This document shows positions 51,305 through 64,000 of a stretch of DNA of 64,000 bases, in pieces (position 1 is the stretch's first letter; each line of letters starts with the position of its first letter). A program made the position numbers and the translations under genes. The notes under the pieces were generated by a model. It saw nothing but the letters and a program-made list of their open reading frames with translations. It ran no database searches and had not been told where the DNA came from. The stretch comes from Octopus vulgaris (lineage: Eukaryota). The stretch is taken from the NCBI GenBank assembly GCA_951406725.2, contig OX597828.1, positions 2,790,001 through 2,854,000 on the forward strand. Reading direction: 5' to 3'.

Positions 51305-51450
51305 AGACAGTTGCATACGGAAGTGCTGATCACTTAAAGTGGAAGGAACTTGTGGAAGATGGAGACCCAGCAAGACATGGGACAAAGTACTGAAGGCCAA
51401 TCTCAAGACACTGAGGCTTATGAAGGAGATGACAAAGGACCAGGATATCG
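51305..51450 (+). mobile_element. RTE ORF C-terminal fragment, among family C pieces and a family A head (51575-51645)
   Basis: DSCIRKC*SLKVEGTCGRWRPSKTWDKVLKANLKTLRLMKEMTKDQD. Confidence 0.75.
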
Positions 51451-52569
51451 GGAGCCGGTACCATGTAAAAAGCACTTGTGCAGGTATCACGTAAGAAGCA
51501 CCCAGTACACTCTCTAAAGTGGTTGACATTAGAAGGGGTTTCCAGCCATAGAGACCATACCGGAACAAGATGCCACTCAGTGGGACTGAACCCAGAACCA
51601 TGTGGTTGGTAAGCAAGCTACTTACTACACAGCCACTCCTACACCTATAAGCTATTTTTCAAGTGTTTGGCTTAAATATAACCAAGTTTTAAAAATAACT
51701 GAAGTTACTTTCCTAATTTAAGTAACTTGATCTCTTTACAACTGTATCTGCTTTGAGCATCTTTTCTTTCATTTCCAGGTAACAAGGAGACTGCTCTGCC
51801 AGTTATTGGTAAAGACATCTCCTTGTATAACGTGGTTGACTGCATGAGTGACTCACACGTATTCTCCACAGGATATTTTTAGCACTCCATCAACCATCCC
51901 TGATCCTCCAGCTGCTTTCCTTACCTTCATGTCCTTTATGGCCCTTTTGATGTTAACAGTGCATTTAGCTGTTAGATGTACTGGAAAATAGTCATCACCT
52001 CTCTCTCTCTTGCTCTTTCATGCACTCTAATAATCTCTCTCACATTAACAATTCCATACCTTTTCAGTGAGGATGAATGAACCACTATTATTTTGTACAC
52101 TTCACCAATGATGTCCTGATCGAATTGTATGACTTTTGCTCACTTTTGTCAGTCATGTAAGACAACCATCTATGAAGCAGTCACAGATTCTGCCAGCTCT
52201 CTTACCTCCAAAACTGCAGTCAATCCTTTTGTTTCATTCCCAAGAGGATCTCTACCAACTTTCTTGAATCTTCCTTCCCACCACTTTCAACCAGGATAAC
52301 TTCATAAACAGTTTTCCTGCAGTGAAAGTTTCTACATTTGCTGTCCAATTTGGATCCTACTCCATATTGCACACACATGGCAAAACTCTATGAAATCTTT
52401 CTCCATTCCACCTGTGTTACCATCTATGTATACAATTCATGCCAAGTGTAGAAACATCTCCAAGTATAAACCAACTGGCTACTGACTCCAAATAAATAAC
52501 ATTATATATATATCTAAGAAAAAAATAATCAAAAACACACTTTGTGAAACATGGACATACAAACGGTGT

Positions 52570-52740
52570 CATCATCTTTTAACGCTTGTTTTCCATGCTG
52601 GCATGGGTTGGATGGTTTGACCAAAGCTGTCAAGGGAGCTGCACCAGGTTCCAGTTTGATTTGGCTTGTTTTCTACAGTTGGATGCCTTTCCTAATACCA
52701 ACCACTTTATAGTGTGTGCTGGATATTTTTAATGTGACAT
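52570..52740 (-). mobile_element. SINE-like family C
   Basis: ttttccatgctggcatgggttggatggtttgac...ggatgcctttcctaataccaaccac. Confidence 0.8.
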
Positions 52741-53059
52741 TGGTATGCAATGTTAATTTGAACCAAATTTCATTAACTGGTATAAAATAACTATTTATTA
52801 GGATTGATCTTCAGTGAGATTAAATGTTATAAACCTTGACTTTCAAAGTGTTTGAGTAGAAAGACTCTGAAAGTTGAGTTGTGTGACAAACTCAATTTCA
52901 GTTTCAACAGGAAAAGAACCATATCCTCTACAACATGTATTGAGTACTTCTCCCGTTCATCCAACATAAACATACATATAAACAACATAAACATACATAT
53001 GAGTGTGATGTATTTATATGATATAATTTGATTTATCTTGAGGAGAAAGATTAGGTCCT

Positions 53060-53345
53060 TTCTTTTATCTTTTCTTTTACTTGTTACATTCATTAGGCTG
53101 TGGCCATGCTGGGGCACAGCCATGAAGAGTTTTAGTCAAACAAATCAACCCCAGTACTTACTTTTTTTAAAAACCTGGTACTTATTCTATCAGTCTCTTT
53201 TACTGAGCTACTAAGTTATGAGGGACGTAAACATACCAACACCAGTTATCAAGAGGTGGTGGAGGACACACAGAGGTCAGCCTGAGGCTAGACACTTGAC
53301 CAAGGTGCCATGCAGTGGGACTCAACCCAGAACCTTGTGGTTGAG
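53060..53345 (-). mobile_element. SINE family A
   Basis: Reverse-complement colinear with family A. Confidence 0.8.
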
Positions 53346-53991
53346 TAAGATAAGTAAGATAAATGAAGATTATCTCTTAGAAAGGCATACACTTCATAAC
53401 TTCCCTTTCTGCCTCTGTCGTAAATATGAGGTTTTCTGCATGTAAAAGAAACCTTTCTATATATTAGTACTGAACTCTAGTAGTAATAGTAGTGTCAAGA
53501 ATGGTAGCTGTTGTTTAGCCCTGGGTAATCCTTGATAGAGTAGATCTATCGTCAGAGACGTTCTTGCCGTGATTATCCTGTATTTTTGAATATCTACATT
53601 GTTTACATATAACCTTCTGTGTTTTAACAATGTATGTTTGAGGAATATTCGGCTGCTATTTCTAGCAGGTCAAACTGCTGTATAATGTCAGTAGTAGTAG
53701 CAGTGGTTGAACACAGAAGCAGTAAGAGTAAACGACAGCAGCAGGAGTAACATTAATAGTAGTAATAGCAGTTATAGAAGTAGTGTTTTCTGTTTATTTC
53801 GTGATTTTCAAAAATCAATACCAAACGGATATTTTACCAGCACATCTCTGAACTCTCAATACAATGCTTGCAGTTTTGAAGCCGGCATTTTTATAAAGGG
53901 GGTAAAAAGGAGCCATATACTATTTCGTTGTGTGGAGATCTGTGTGTTTACTTGTGTAATTCATAAAACACACACATACACGCACACATAG

Positions 53992-54063
<72 letters not shown>

Positions 54064-55809
54064 TATATGCGTGTGTAAGCGCGTGCGTGTATTTTCTGCG
54101 TTGTGGAACTAACCTTCTTGGATACTTATACCGGTCATTCTCCCTTACTGGATTTTCCGTTATTCCTCAGGTAAATATCGATATATATCTATCTATAATA
54201 AGAGAGTATTCCCCTCCACCCACCAGCTTTCGTCATAGATGTATTTGTCAATCTATTTATTTACCTCGAAAGCTAGTGTTAGGGATCGTTTCTATGGCCA
54301 GTACAGCCATCTCCTGCCATGAAATATCTTTGGGATTATTTTCAAGCTTGACCGAAAACTATATTAGATCATATTTTCGATCAAATCTGATTATTCATTT
54401 TATTAAATCTATTTATTTTGATATTTCGATTTAATTACTCTTTCTTTTCGTAGCTTTCCATTCTAGTTCGATTAGAAAAACAATGTGCGCGTCAGTTGAA
54501 ACCCTTCTAATGTATGTCTATCTTAAACCTGACATGTTCTTGCTATCGTTCTAATTTGCCTGAATATCATAATGTCTGATTAACTATTTTCTACCTCTTA
54601 GTCTATTTCTTTCCCCTCTTTCTTTTTACACACACACACGTATATACACATACCCACACGCATTCAGTTGTATTTCTTTTGTTACGCATTGTACTTTACC
54701 TAGTATTTATATCTAGGCTTTACCTTGTCTGTGTTTTTATTTACTGTTATGGTTAGCTAATACATACCGATTAATACACTCACACTGTGCTCACTATGAT
54801 AAATATATACTGCTGTTTAACTGATTTCTCACATAGCAATGAAGCCTGGGGTCGTTTTCTGCACACACACACACACACACACAAACGGTTTGTCATTTGC
54901 TAGTAAAGTGATTTATTCGGACATTATGCACTATTATAGACCTACCCTGGGCGGTCGTCGTTCGACTTAATAAAAAAATAGTAATTATAACCAGATTCCT
55001 TCGTACGTCCTTTCTTAGGGCTTTACAAGAAAAGTCGAGATCATCATCACGACTGAAATGCCTTTCAATACAGGTCTGCTCGATCAGATCAGATCAGAAC
55101 TGAAGCTAAATAATGACAATCAACAGACATGAAAACATTACAAACACACCATATCAATTAGGTTCCGTTCCTTGTTCGTTTAACCTACAAAACAAGTTGT
55201 TTGGTGAATGACGTTCAGAGCGACACACTACAACACAACCCCCACTCATCGCTACCAGCATCAACAGCACCATCACCAACCTTTTTTAAACCATGCCTAT
55301 GTTCGTCTGGCCTCTTCAAACGATTGACCGGTTCGGACATATAGGACAGTCCATTGCCATCAGAGGTGGATATGTCAACGATGTTTAGACTCCGCCTCTC
55401 TCTCTCCCCCTCTCCCCCCTTGTAGGACGGGCACCGTTTCAGAAGTTTAACTACATAGACTCATTCATACATATACACTGCACCATTATTGATTTCTTGC
55501 GTAGGCATTATTGATTTGTTACGTATGGGTAGGTGAAAATGAGATTATGGGACTTTCATGCCTTTCTCAAGAGCTCTAGTGACATAAAGGAATGCTGATA
55601 CGTCTCGTCTGGAGATTGATCGATTATACCTTTTATTCTTCGGAGCTATTTACACACTGCGCCAAGATTAATGACATTCTAGCAGACACCGACCATAATT
55701 CTAACCCCACCTCCATCCATTCACCTATTATTTCACACCTACGTGGACTTTACACCGTCTTCATTACCCGTTTACTCCTACATATTCTCTCTCCATCCTT
55801 TCCACTCAC

Positions 55810-55870
55810 CTGCTTAAACACCCACTCTTGACGCCATCCGGAAAACATCAACATATTCAGAAGTAAACAA
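55810..55870 (-). promoter_or_regulatory. Putative first (5'UTR) exon / TSS of a minus-strand gene
   Basis: Minus strand ttttccggATGGCGtcaagagtgggtgtttaagCAG|GTGAGT: consensus donor, YY1-like ATGGCG, ETS-like CCGGAA, at the edge of a CpG-enriched unique region (~54060-55850). Confidence 0.5.
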
Positions 55871-55959
55871 TGCAGTTATTTGTGTGTGTGTGTGTGTGTA
55901 TATATACACATCCCCCCTCTCACTCTCTGTGTGTATATATATGTGTGTGTTTATCTTTT

Positions 55960-56315
55960 TCCTCTTTTTCACTGTTTCAATCATTAGACAGCGGCCATGC
56001 AGGGGCACCACTTTGAAGAATTTTAGTCAAACAAATCGATCCTAGAACTTATTCTATCAGTCTCTTTTTGCCGAATCTCTAGTTTACGGGGACGTAAACA
56101 CAGCAACACCAGTTGTCAATCGGTGGTGAGGGACAAACAGACACAAAGACATACACAAACATAGATATATATATACCACAGGCTTCTTTCAGTTTCCATC
56201 TGCCAAATCCACTCACAAGGCCTTTGGTTGGTATGGAGCTATAGCAGAAGACACTTGCCCAAGGTGCCTGAACCCGTGGTTGGGAAGCAAACTTCTTTCC
56301 ACACAGCCACACCTG
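55960..56315 (-). mobile_element. SINE family A
   Basis: Reverse-complement colinear with family A. Confidence 0.85.
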
Positions 56316-56494
56316 TCGTATATATATATATATATTTCATGTAATATAGATTGACTTCTCATAATCATAATGTGGTTAGCTTGAGTGACTTTAAGGCTTG
56401 TGAAATTGGAAATTCGACATTCATACCTTTTCCAAGAGCATTACTGACATAAGTGAAATGACTTCACTGACTTAATCTTTCTCCCAGAACTTAT

Positions 56495-56720
56495 ATCATC
56501 ATCATCATCAGCTACATTTAATGTCCATTTTCTCTGCTGGCATGGGTTGGACAGTTTGACAGGATCTAGCTAGTCATCGGGTCACATCAAAGTCCATTGA
56601 CTTGACTGCTTTGGCATGGTTTTCAGAGCTGGATGTCCTTCCTAATGTCAACCACTTTACAGAGTGCATTGGATGCTTTTCTCCAGCCACCGGTATTAGT
56701 GAGGTTTCCAAGTAACTGGC
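56495..56720 (-). mobile_element. SINE-like family C
   Basis: (CAT)n...tgctggcatgggttggacagtttgac...ggatgtccttcctaatgtcaaccac. Confidence 0.8.
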
Positions 56721-57114
56721 AAGGTAAGAAAAGAACATGATGTTAGAAAAAGAAGGGAAAAGAAAAGAAGGCAAAAGTCTCCTTGACTAAATGGGAAGGA
56801 GTTAGTATTTGAAAGGGGGAAGAGGGTCGATGATTCTATACCAGGTGTTGTAAAAACAAGCCCAGATGTCTTGCAGCAGAAATACTAGGCCACTTCCACA
56901 CACCCACATTATATAAGGGTAGATGGGTGTGCTGGAAAGCTAGAAAGAAGATGGAAGTGGTGGTGGGATGCTTGAACATCTTAAGATACAAGGTGTAAAA
57001 GGGGATCATGGGTGGTGGGGATAGAGGGGGAAATTTCACAAGTGTGTGAGGAGAGAGGGTTAGAGATGAGGTGGGCATGAATGTAGTGAGAGATATAGGG
57101 GGTGGGTCTATGGT

Positions 57115-57500
57115 TAGGCACAGGTATGATTGTGTGGTAAGAAGCTTGTTTCCCAACTACATGCTTCATGGTTCAGTCCCACTGTGTGACACCTTTGGCA
57201 AGAATCTTCTATTCTAGCTGCAAGCTGACCAAAGACTTGTGAGTGGATTTGGTAGAAACTGAAAGAAGCCTCTCATATATATGTGTGTGTGGGGGGTGTG
57301 TGCCTTTCACCAGTGTTGGTGTGTTTATGTCCCCTTTATGATTTAACAAAAGATGCCTTAGTGGTTTGACAAAAGACAGCAATAGAATAAGTAGCTGGCT
57401 TTAAAAAAAGTACTAGGGTCAATTCATATGAGTAAAATTCTTCAAGGTTGTGTCCCAAAATGTCTGCAATCTAAGGACTGGAACAAATAAGAGATAGAAG
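57115..57500 (+). mobile_element. SINE family A
   Basis: Colinear with family A. Confidence 0.8.
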
Positions 57501-57899
57501 ACAAGTGGGGCATGGTGGAAAATATGAGAGGGCATTGAGAGTGATAGCAGATAAGAGAGGTATTCAGAATGGAGTATAGAAGAGAGGGAGAGAGAGAGAG
57601 AGAGAGAGAGCAATGGCTGAAGGCACAGAAAGGTCATGAATGGTAAAAATAGTGTGGGCAGGGATGGGGAAATGGAAGTGAAGCAGTAGGGGAGGGGATG
57701 TAATGTGTGCCTATTCTGCTCTCAGATGATTACAGTAGCCAAGTAGAACAAAAGATAGAGAAGTGATGGGTGTTAAGCAATGAGATGTGGGGGAAATGCT
57801 TGATAGAACAGAGAGAGAGAGTGGAGTGGGGTGGTCATGGACCCCTTCCTTCGTATGTACAAGCATAACCAAAATATGTGTTAGGATATCATTTCTGCT

Positions 57900-58380
57900 G
57901 TGGTGGATGGCTTTTTTCAAACACAGCAAATCACCAATCATCATATTCTTTTGTCATTTCCTTCATAAGGTTCAGCATCTTGAGACAGCCTTCACTACTT
58001 CATCCCAGGTCTTTCTGGATTTCTTTCTCCCACAGGTTTCACCTACTTTAAGCAATCAGCTCTTCTTTACACAGCTGTCATCTCCATATTCATCACATAA
58101 TCAAACCAGTGCAGTCTTCTCTCTTGCATGCTATTTCTGTTTCTTCTTATGCCTTAATTTTTCCTCTCAGTACATTAACATTTTGTCATACATGCATACT
58201 GTAATTGCACATCCAATGGAATAAATATGCTAGCTTCATTCCTCTCTAGTCTTTGCATATTCACTGCATTCAGGGCCCTACCATGTAGCATTGCCCTTTG
58301 TACACAAGCATCATACAATCTCTCACTTGCAGAGACCCTTTTGTTGATAAGCAAGGTAATAGCTCTCTGAATTTTCTATA
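57900..58380 (-). mobile_element. RTE-clade LINE 3' remnant
   Basis: QERRLHWFDYVM followed by frameshifted GETCGRKKSRKTWDEVVKAV; related to 51305-51450. Confidence 0.75.
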
Positions 58381-58406
58381 TGTATGTATATATGCATCTA
58401 TATACT

Positions 58407-58438
<32 letters not shown>

Positions 58439-58439
58439 C

Positions 58440-58712
58440 ACCAGCGCTGCCTTGACTGGCTTCCGTGCTGGTGGCACATAAAAAGCACCAATCCGATTGT
58501 GGCCGTTGCCAGCCTCCCCTAGCACCTGTGCTGGTGGCACGTAAAAAGCACCCACTACACTCACGGAGTGGTTGGTATTAGGAAGGGCATCCAGCTGTAG
58601 AAACACTGCCAGATCAGACTGGAGCCTGGTGCAGCCTCCTGGCTTCCCAGACCCTGGTCAAACCATCCAACCCATGCTAGCATGGAAAACAGACGTTAAA
58701 CAATGATGATGA
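58440..58712 (+). mobile_element. SINE-like family C, young copy
   Basis: Two gtgctggtggcac(a/g)taaaaagcacc units, ggaagggcatccagctgtagaaac, ccatgctagcatggaaaacagacgttaaacaatgatgatga. Confidence 0.85.
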
Positions 58713-58965
58713 CTCAAGCTGGTGTGCCAGCAAAGCCACTGTCTAATGACTAAAACAAGTAAAAGGTTATATATATATATATATATATAATAAATATTAG
58801 GGAATAAATCCAAATTTACAGGGAAAAAATCAGATTTAGGATTAAATCCAATTTTATAGTAAAATATTATATAATATTATTAGAGACAAAACCACTATTT
58901 TGCAAAACAAACAAGGAAAGACTTAATCAATACATAAAATTTTAATAAAAAGTATATATATGTAT

Positions 58966-59039
<74 letters not shown>

Positions 59040-59043
59040 GTAT

Positions 59044-59075
<32 letters not shown>

Positions 59076-59607
59076 TATATACTATCTATTTTCCATGCTG
59101 GCATGAGTTGGTTATCCTTTTAATTTTTCTGACCAAATGCCTCAGAGTGCACTCATAAAAGCTCCAGTGCGTCTTGTTGGCTACCACCTGTTATTACTAT
59201 CTTACAGAGTAATCCTATGGGATGGTTATACATGTGGAACTCCTTACGGATGGAAAGTTTTAGACTTTGTATATGTATTGCAACATCTGTTTCTGCATCC
59301 CACTTATTCATTCGTGAGGACATTTTCATATTCACAGGATATTATTTATATTTATGAATCTTGAGTATGCCTTCATTACATGTGACTGCTTCTTTGGGCA
59401 TTTACATTAATGTCTTTTTGCTAGATCGATGTTTACACTCAAAGACATTTACCATTTTCACCAATCAGGAAACTCCATTAAATTTCTGGCTGTTACTTGT
59501 GAATCATCACAGCTTATCAAAGACAGAGACAAAAACAAAGGAGACAAAGAAAAGAAACATTGAGCATTACTTGTGGTTCATCACATCAAGCCTAAGACAA
59601 GATATAT

Positions 59608-59657
<50 letters not shown>

Positions 59658-60663
59658 CACACACACACACATCCATATGCTAGTACATATGTGTGTACAT
59701 ATATACACAGCTAAATATACATAAATGCATATACACACACACACTATATATACCCATACACAAACATACACACAAATTACTTCATCCCTATTATGAATCA
59801 CCCACAAACCAAGCTTTAAAACAAGAGAACATCAAATACAACCAGCTGCCACACCCAACAGCATAAAGAAATCAAATATACTAGAAATTATAAACCCTTC
59901 ATCAACATTCACAACATAAGACTTAGTAAAGGAAATAAATTAAATAAAAATGTTTAGAGCTGTCGTATGTACCACCAGAGTTGGCCTACAGGAACAAATA
60001 ACACCATTGGTGTACAGATTCATTAGAACCGTGTCAACCCTTACTATTCACCAAGGCATCTTGGAGTGTGTAGTTATTGCCCTTGGCAGAAACTAAATGG
60101 AACAGCAGATATGTGGATCATAGTTGGTTGTTTGATCAGCTGCGTGTGATTAGTTGTCTTGATCAGAGCAACAACAATTATTACTTTGAGGTCAGGTTGA
60201 CTATCAACTGTATCAAGCCTTACTGGTGTTGAAGAACCCACAAGGAGTTTTGGCTACAATAACTCCTCTTAAAATACCAAGTGTACTCCAGTTGATCTAC
60301 AAATGCTTCAGTTGTATTTTTCTTATATGATCACATTATTGATTTATTGCAAGCTAAATCCTCAGACTTAAAAAAATCTGCAAAATTGTGATGTGAAAAA
60401 TTTTGCATTATTTGCCTGGATATCAGATCAAGGTACTTTCTAACCAAACAAGGAGCTACCTGGTGGTGGTTGGAATATGACAGTAAAGCTCAGTATTACA
60501 GATTAATTTTATTATTGATAGCAACTAAAGCAGGTGAGATTATGTACAGTGTCTGACTTGATATTCTAACTTCAAATCTTTTTCTGGTTGTCTTGATCAA
60601 TGCATTGAATCCAACTTACTTTCACTTTGCTACAGAGTAGCTTAGAATAGAATCAGCGGTTAA

Positions 60664-60888
60664 CCCGTTAACATTCAAATTATTCTGTCCAATGTATTAT
60701 GTTTATTTATTCACATTATTTTGAATTAATTATGCATCATCTCATAGCTTTGAGATTTCAATGATGTGATTGTTTACTTTTAGAATGACAATATAGGACA
60801 AGTGTGAGAGGCCAGATCAGGCTGATTTGAATACAAAACAGGTGGAATATTTGGGCCTGATATGGGGGCCAGTTTAAATGCTAAAGGG
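60664..60888. mobile_element. piggyBac-like TTAA MITE
   Basis: TTAA|cccgttaacatt ... aatgctaaaggg|TTAA; same family as 47417 and 62331. Confidence 0.85.
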
Positions 60889-61514
60889 TTAAGCGTGGTA
60901 CATAACCTACCTGTTCCATTTACCTGACAAATCTCTGTGGTTGTTAGAGTATTATATTGTTGTTGTTGATGATGATGATCATGATGTTGATGATAGCAAC
61001 AACTGCAGTGATGATGATCCACGTTAAGATATAACTTAGAAATTGATAAATTTCTATTGAGAACTGGTCGTAGAATATATTACATTTTCAGGCTTTTTAA
61101 ATGTAAATAAGTTATTCTATTGGATGTTTCAATATATTTATTTGGTTAGTTATTTTATTATTCAATAAGTAATCAATAACTCCATTTCACAGGTTTTGCT
61201 CACATCTGTTGCAACCGATAAATAACATAGAGTAAAAAACGGTCATCAATAAACAGCAAAAAATCAGAACAATTGGGGTTCAATTACTTACATATTCATT
61301 CCTGATATCTTCCAACAGATTCAAATGTAAATATGCTAATCGTTGGAAAAACAGTGTCTTCTTTCAGGTGAATGTGTCTTCATAACATATACTTAATTCA
61401 TTAGTGTAAGACATATTTGGGATGCTCAGTCTTTTGATATCGTTGTGTCTCCTCACCCATGACCACCCAAGACTAATGAAGAGTTTGTGACTTTTGTTTA
61501 ACAGCAAATAAATT

Positions 61515-61870
61515 CTCTTTTTCTTGTTTCAGTCATTAGACTGTGGTCGTGAAGGATTTTTAGTTGAATTAATTGATCCCAGGACTTATTTTTTTCTTAA
61601 GTCTGGTACTTATTTTATTGGTCTCTTTTGCTGAACTGCTAACACATCACAGGAACATAATCACATCAACAACGGTCATTAAGTGGTAGTGGGGGTCTCA
61701 CACAAACACACACACACAATGGGCTTCTTTCAGTTTCCATGTACCAAATCCTCTCACAAGTTCAGCCCGAAGCTATAAATAGAAGACACTTGCCCTAGGT
61801 GCCGAGCAGTGGGAGACTGAACCTGGAACCATGTGGTTGGGAATCAAGCTTGTTACCACACAGCCACATC
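61515..61870 (-). mobile_element. SINE family A
   Basis: Reverse-complement colinear with family A. Confidence 0.85.
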
Positions 61871-62018
61871 TGAATATGTATGTCATTTTCCTAATTCTTG
61901 CTGTTCATTGTGCACATGATGGCTTATTATCGGTTGGCAGATATCAGCTCACGTCAGCAAATGATTTCTTCACTGAAGTCATAAACTCTTGATTGATTCA
62001 TTAGTCTTGGCTGGCTTT

Positions 62019-62056
62019 GACTGAGGAGACACGATGATGTCAAAACACCAGGTTTC
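62019..62056 (+). ncRNA. Degenerate hammerhead candidate
   Basis: ga-CTGAGGA-gaca/tgtc-AAAA(GAAA)-caccagg-tt-tc; the core change is CpG-type (cg to ca). Confidence 0.35.
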
Positions 62057-62330
62057 CCAAAGTTCCCTTATGCTAATTACTCAAGTGTGTTATGAACATA
62101 TATTCATCTGAATTTAGAAGTTGTTTGTCAGTGATGAAATACAACAATGTTTAGTATATTCATGTTCAAAGCTGCCAGAATGTATTAAGAGTGGATATGT
62201 CATTGTAATATAAGGTAGTATTGACAGAGCTTTATATTAAGGATGGGTAGATGTACAGAAATATATACGGGTATCCATTCATGGGGGTCACTAAACCTGA
62301 ACTCTCATTCTAGTGATAACTAACCATTAA

Positions 62331-62865
62331 CCCTTTAGCATTCAGATTTTTCTGTCAAATGTAAAGCTTATTTATTCACATTACTTTGAATTATTTGCAT
62401 TATCTCATAGCTTTGCGAGTTCAATGATGTGATTACTCTTTTACTTGTTTCAGTCAGTTGACTGCGGCCATGCTGGAGCACCACCTTTAGTCGAGCAACT
62501 CGACCCCGGGACTTATTCTTTGTAAGCCCAGCACTTATTCTATCGGTCTCTTTTGCCGAGCCGCTAGGTGACAGGGACATAAACACACCAGCATCGGTTG
62601 TCAAGCAATGCTAGGGGGACAAACACAGACACACAAACATACACGCACACACACATATATATATATATATATATACATATATACGATGGGCTTCTTTCAG
62701 TTTCCGTCTACCAAATCTACTCACAAGGCATTGGTCGGCCCGAGGCTATAGTAGAAGACACTTGCTCAAGGTGCCACGCAAGCATGAAAGATCCAATCTA
62801 GTTGGTTTGAACTGAAAACAGATAAAATATTTGTGCCAGATGTGGTCAGTTTAAGCACTTAAGGG
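62331..62865. mobile_element. piggyBac-like TTAA MITE with a nested family A SINE (62434-62780, minus)
   Basis: TTAA|ccctttagcatt ... taaggg|TTAA, interrupted by a young SINE. Confidence 0.85.
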
Positions 62866-64000
62866 TTAAAATAGGTTTGTGGCTGACTCTGTGCTTCACA
62901 TCAGGCAATAAACTCTCACTAGTTGACAACAGCTTGTTCTCTTTCCCCCTTGTAAGTAGACACTGTCTCCTGGTGCCTTCAATGAACCAGAAGGGTCCCT
63001 CTCCTTAGTCACTCAGCTACTTAGAAATAGCAGCTAAATCTTTCTCAAAAACTACACTATTGTCTTAAAAATATGGAAAGATATATTGCATAATATAACC
63101 CTAGAGATGCTATGTCTGAAAAAAAAATAAACAAAAAGAAAACAGAATGGTTATTAGTGAAACACTTTTGATTTTAGGCTTGTCCCAACAGGAATGACCT
63201 AAGGCTAGATAGAAACAAAACAGTGTTGAGATAAGGACCTAAGAAAGGTATCTATCTAATTTCTAAGTTTTAGATTTTGAACATGACAGAATTAGAATAA
63301 TCTTGGGCTCTAATATTTTACTACAACTGATGATTTTGTGTTCAAATCTTTGTGCAATCCCTCCATGGTTAGTAAAATAACTGTGCTATACCATAGTGAT
63401 GTACTTTGATCCACTTTGTGCTTTGCTCTAGAATTGAGCTTCAAACTTAATGCAACTTCAAGGTGTTTATTTCTTAGAAACAGTGGCATGATGAGTAAGG
63501 ATGCTGAAATACAGTTAAATTTTGCATGTACAGTCTCATTGCAGATTGTGTGTGTGTGTGTATGTGTGTGTTTTGAGTAAAATAACTGCAGAAATAAAAG
63601 ATTACTCATGTGTAGGCCTTGAGTTTATGCCATCTGCATTTTGCAGAAATCAAGGCAGAACATCTAAATTTTGGTACCTCAGTTTATATAACAAAAACAA
63701 ATAGGTACCACATTCTCTGTAACAAACTGATATTGTACCTATGAGTAATTAATATGTCATCTACTTAATACTATACTACAGAATTCAACTTGTTACAACT
63801 TATGTGGACATTTGACCGAAACATAGGGTACGAAAGAATGGCTGTTTGCTGTCCTTGGCAACTTGATGAATAAAATTTTTTTTTTAAATCTATAAGCTAC
63901 AAATTTATTAAAAACTGGTAAATAGTATTGTTTAGATAAAATGGACAGTAATTAGAAACAAGATAATTTGGAATTGTTTAGATTTTATTTCATTTGCACA

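Noticed and set aside
52050-52330. Possible mariner transposase N-terminal remnant (KWWEGRFKKVGRDPL, minus strand)
   Set aside because: Similarity too weak to call by eye
59140-59560. Possible GIY-YIG/PLE remnant
   Set aside because: No identifiable motif
61193-61368. Possible plus-strand exon (tttcacag acceptor ... cag|gtgaat); also microexon-like signals at ~51778 and ~60522
   Set aside because: Splice-like signals arise by chance at this scale, and there is no coding or transcript support

Overview
AT-rich, microsatellite-dense eukaryotic DNA. The tRNA/CORE-type SINE families look like those of Octopus (coleoid cephalopod); this is inferred from repeat recognition only. I find no intact protein-coding exon: nearly all listed ORFs are microsatellite translations, SINE sequence or decayed transposon fragments. 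The window is a transposon graveyard. It holds dozens of SINE copies from at least four families, RTE, R4/Dong, Tx1/L1 and Penelope-like (PLE) retroelement remnants, Tigger-, piggyBac- and Merlin-like DNA elements, a composite Helitron and a probable solo LTR. A CpG-enriched zone at about 54-55.9 kb ends in a likely minus-strand first (5'UTR) exon. The most interesting signal is a recurring set of minimal type-I hammerhead ribozyme (HHR) motifs of the PLE kind. One has an intact core (39153-39245), one a nearly intact core (45778-45835), and several decayed copies sit as divergent inverted pairs in short non-coding fold-back cassettes (27701-28095, 36141-36319, 37702-37924, possibly 54218-54277), mostly at TA-rich microsatellites. 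There are also several near-perfect palindromes, including one with a 171-bp identical stretch (41893-42258). Element boundaries were read by eye and are approximate unless defined by TIRs or TSDs.
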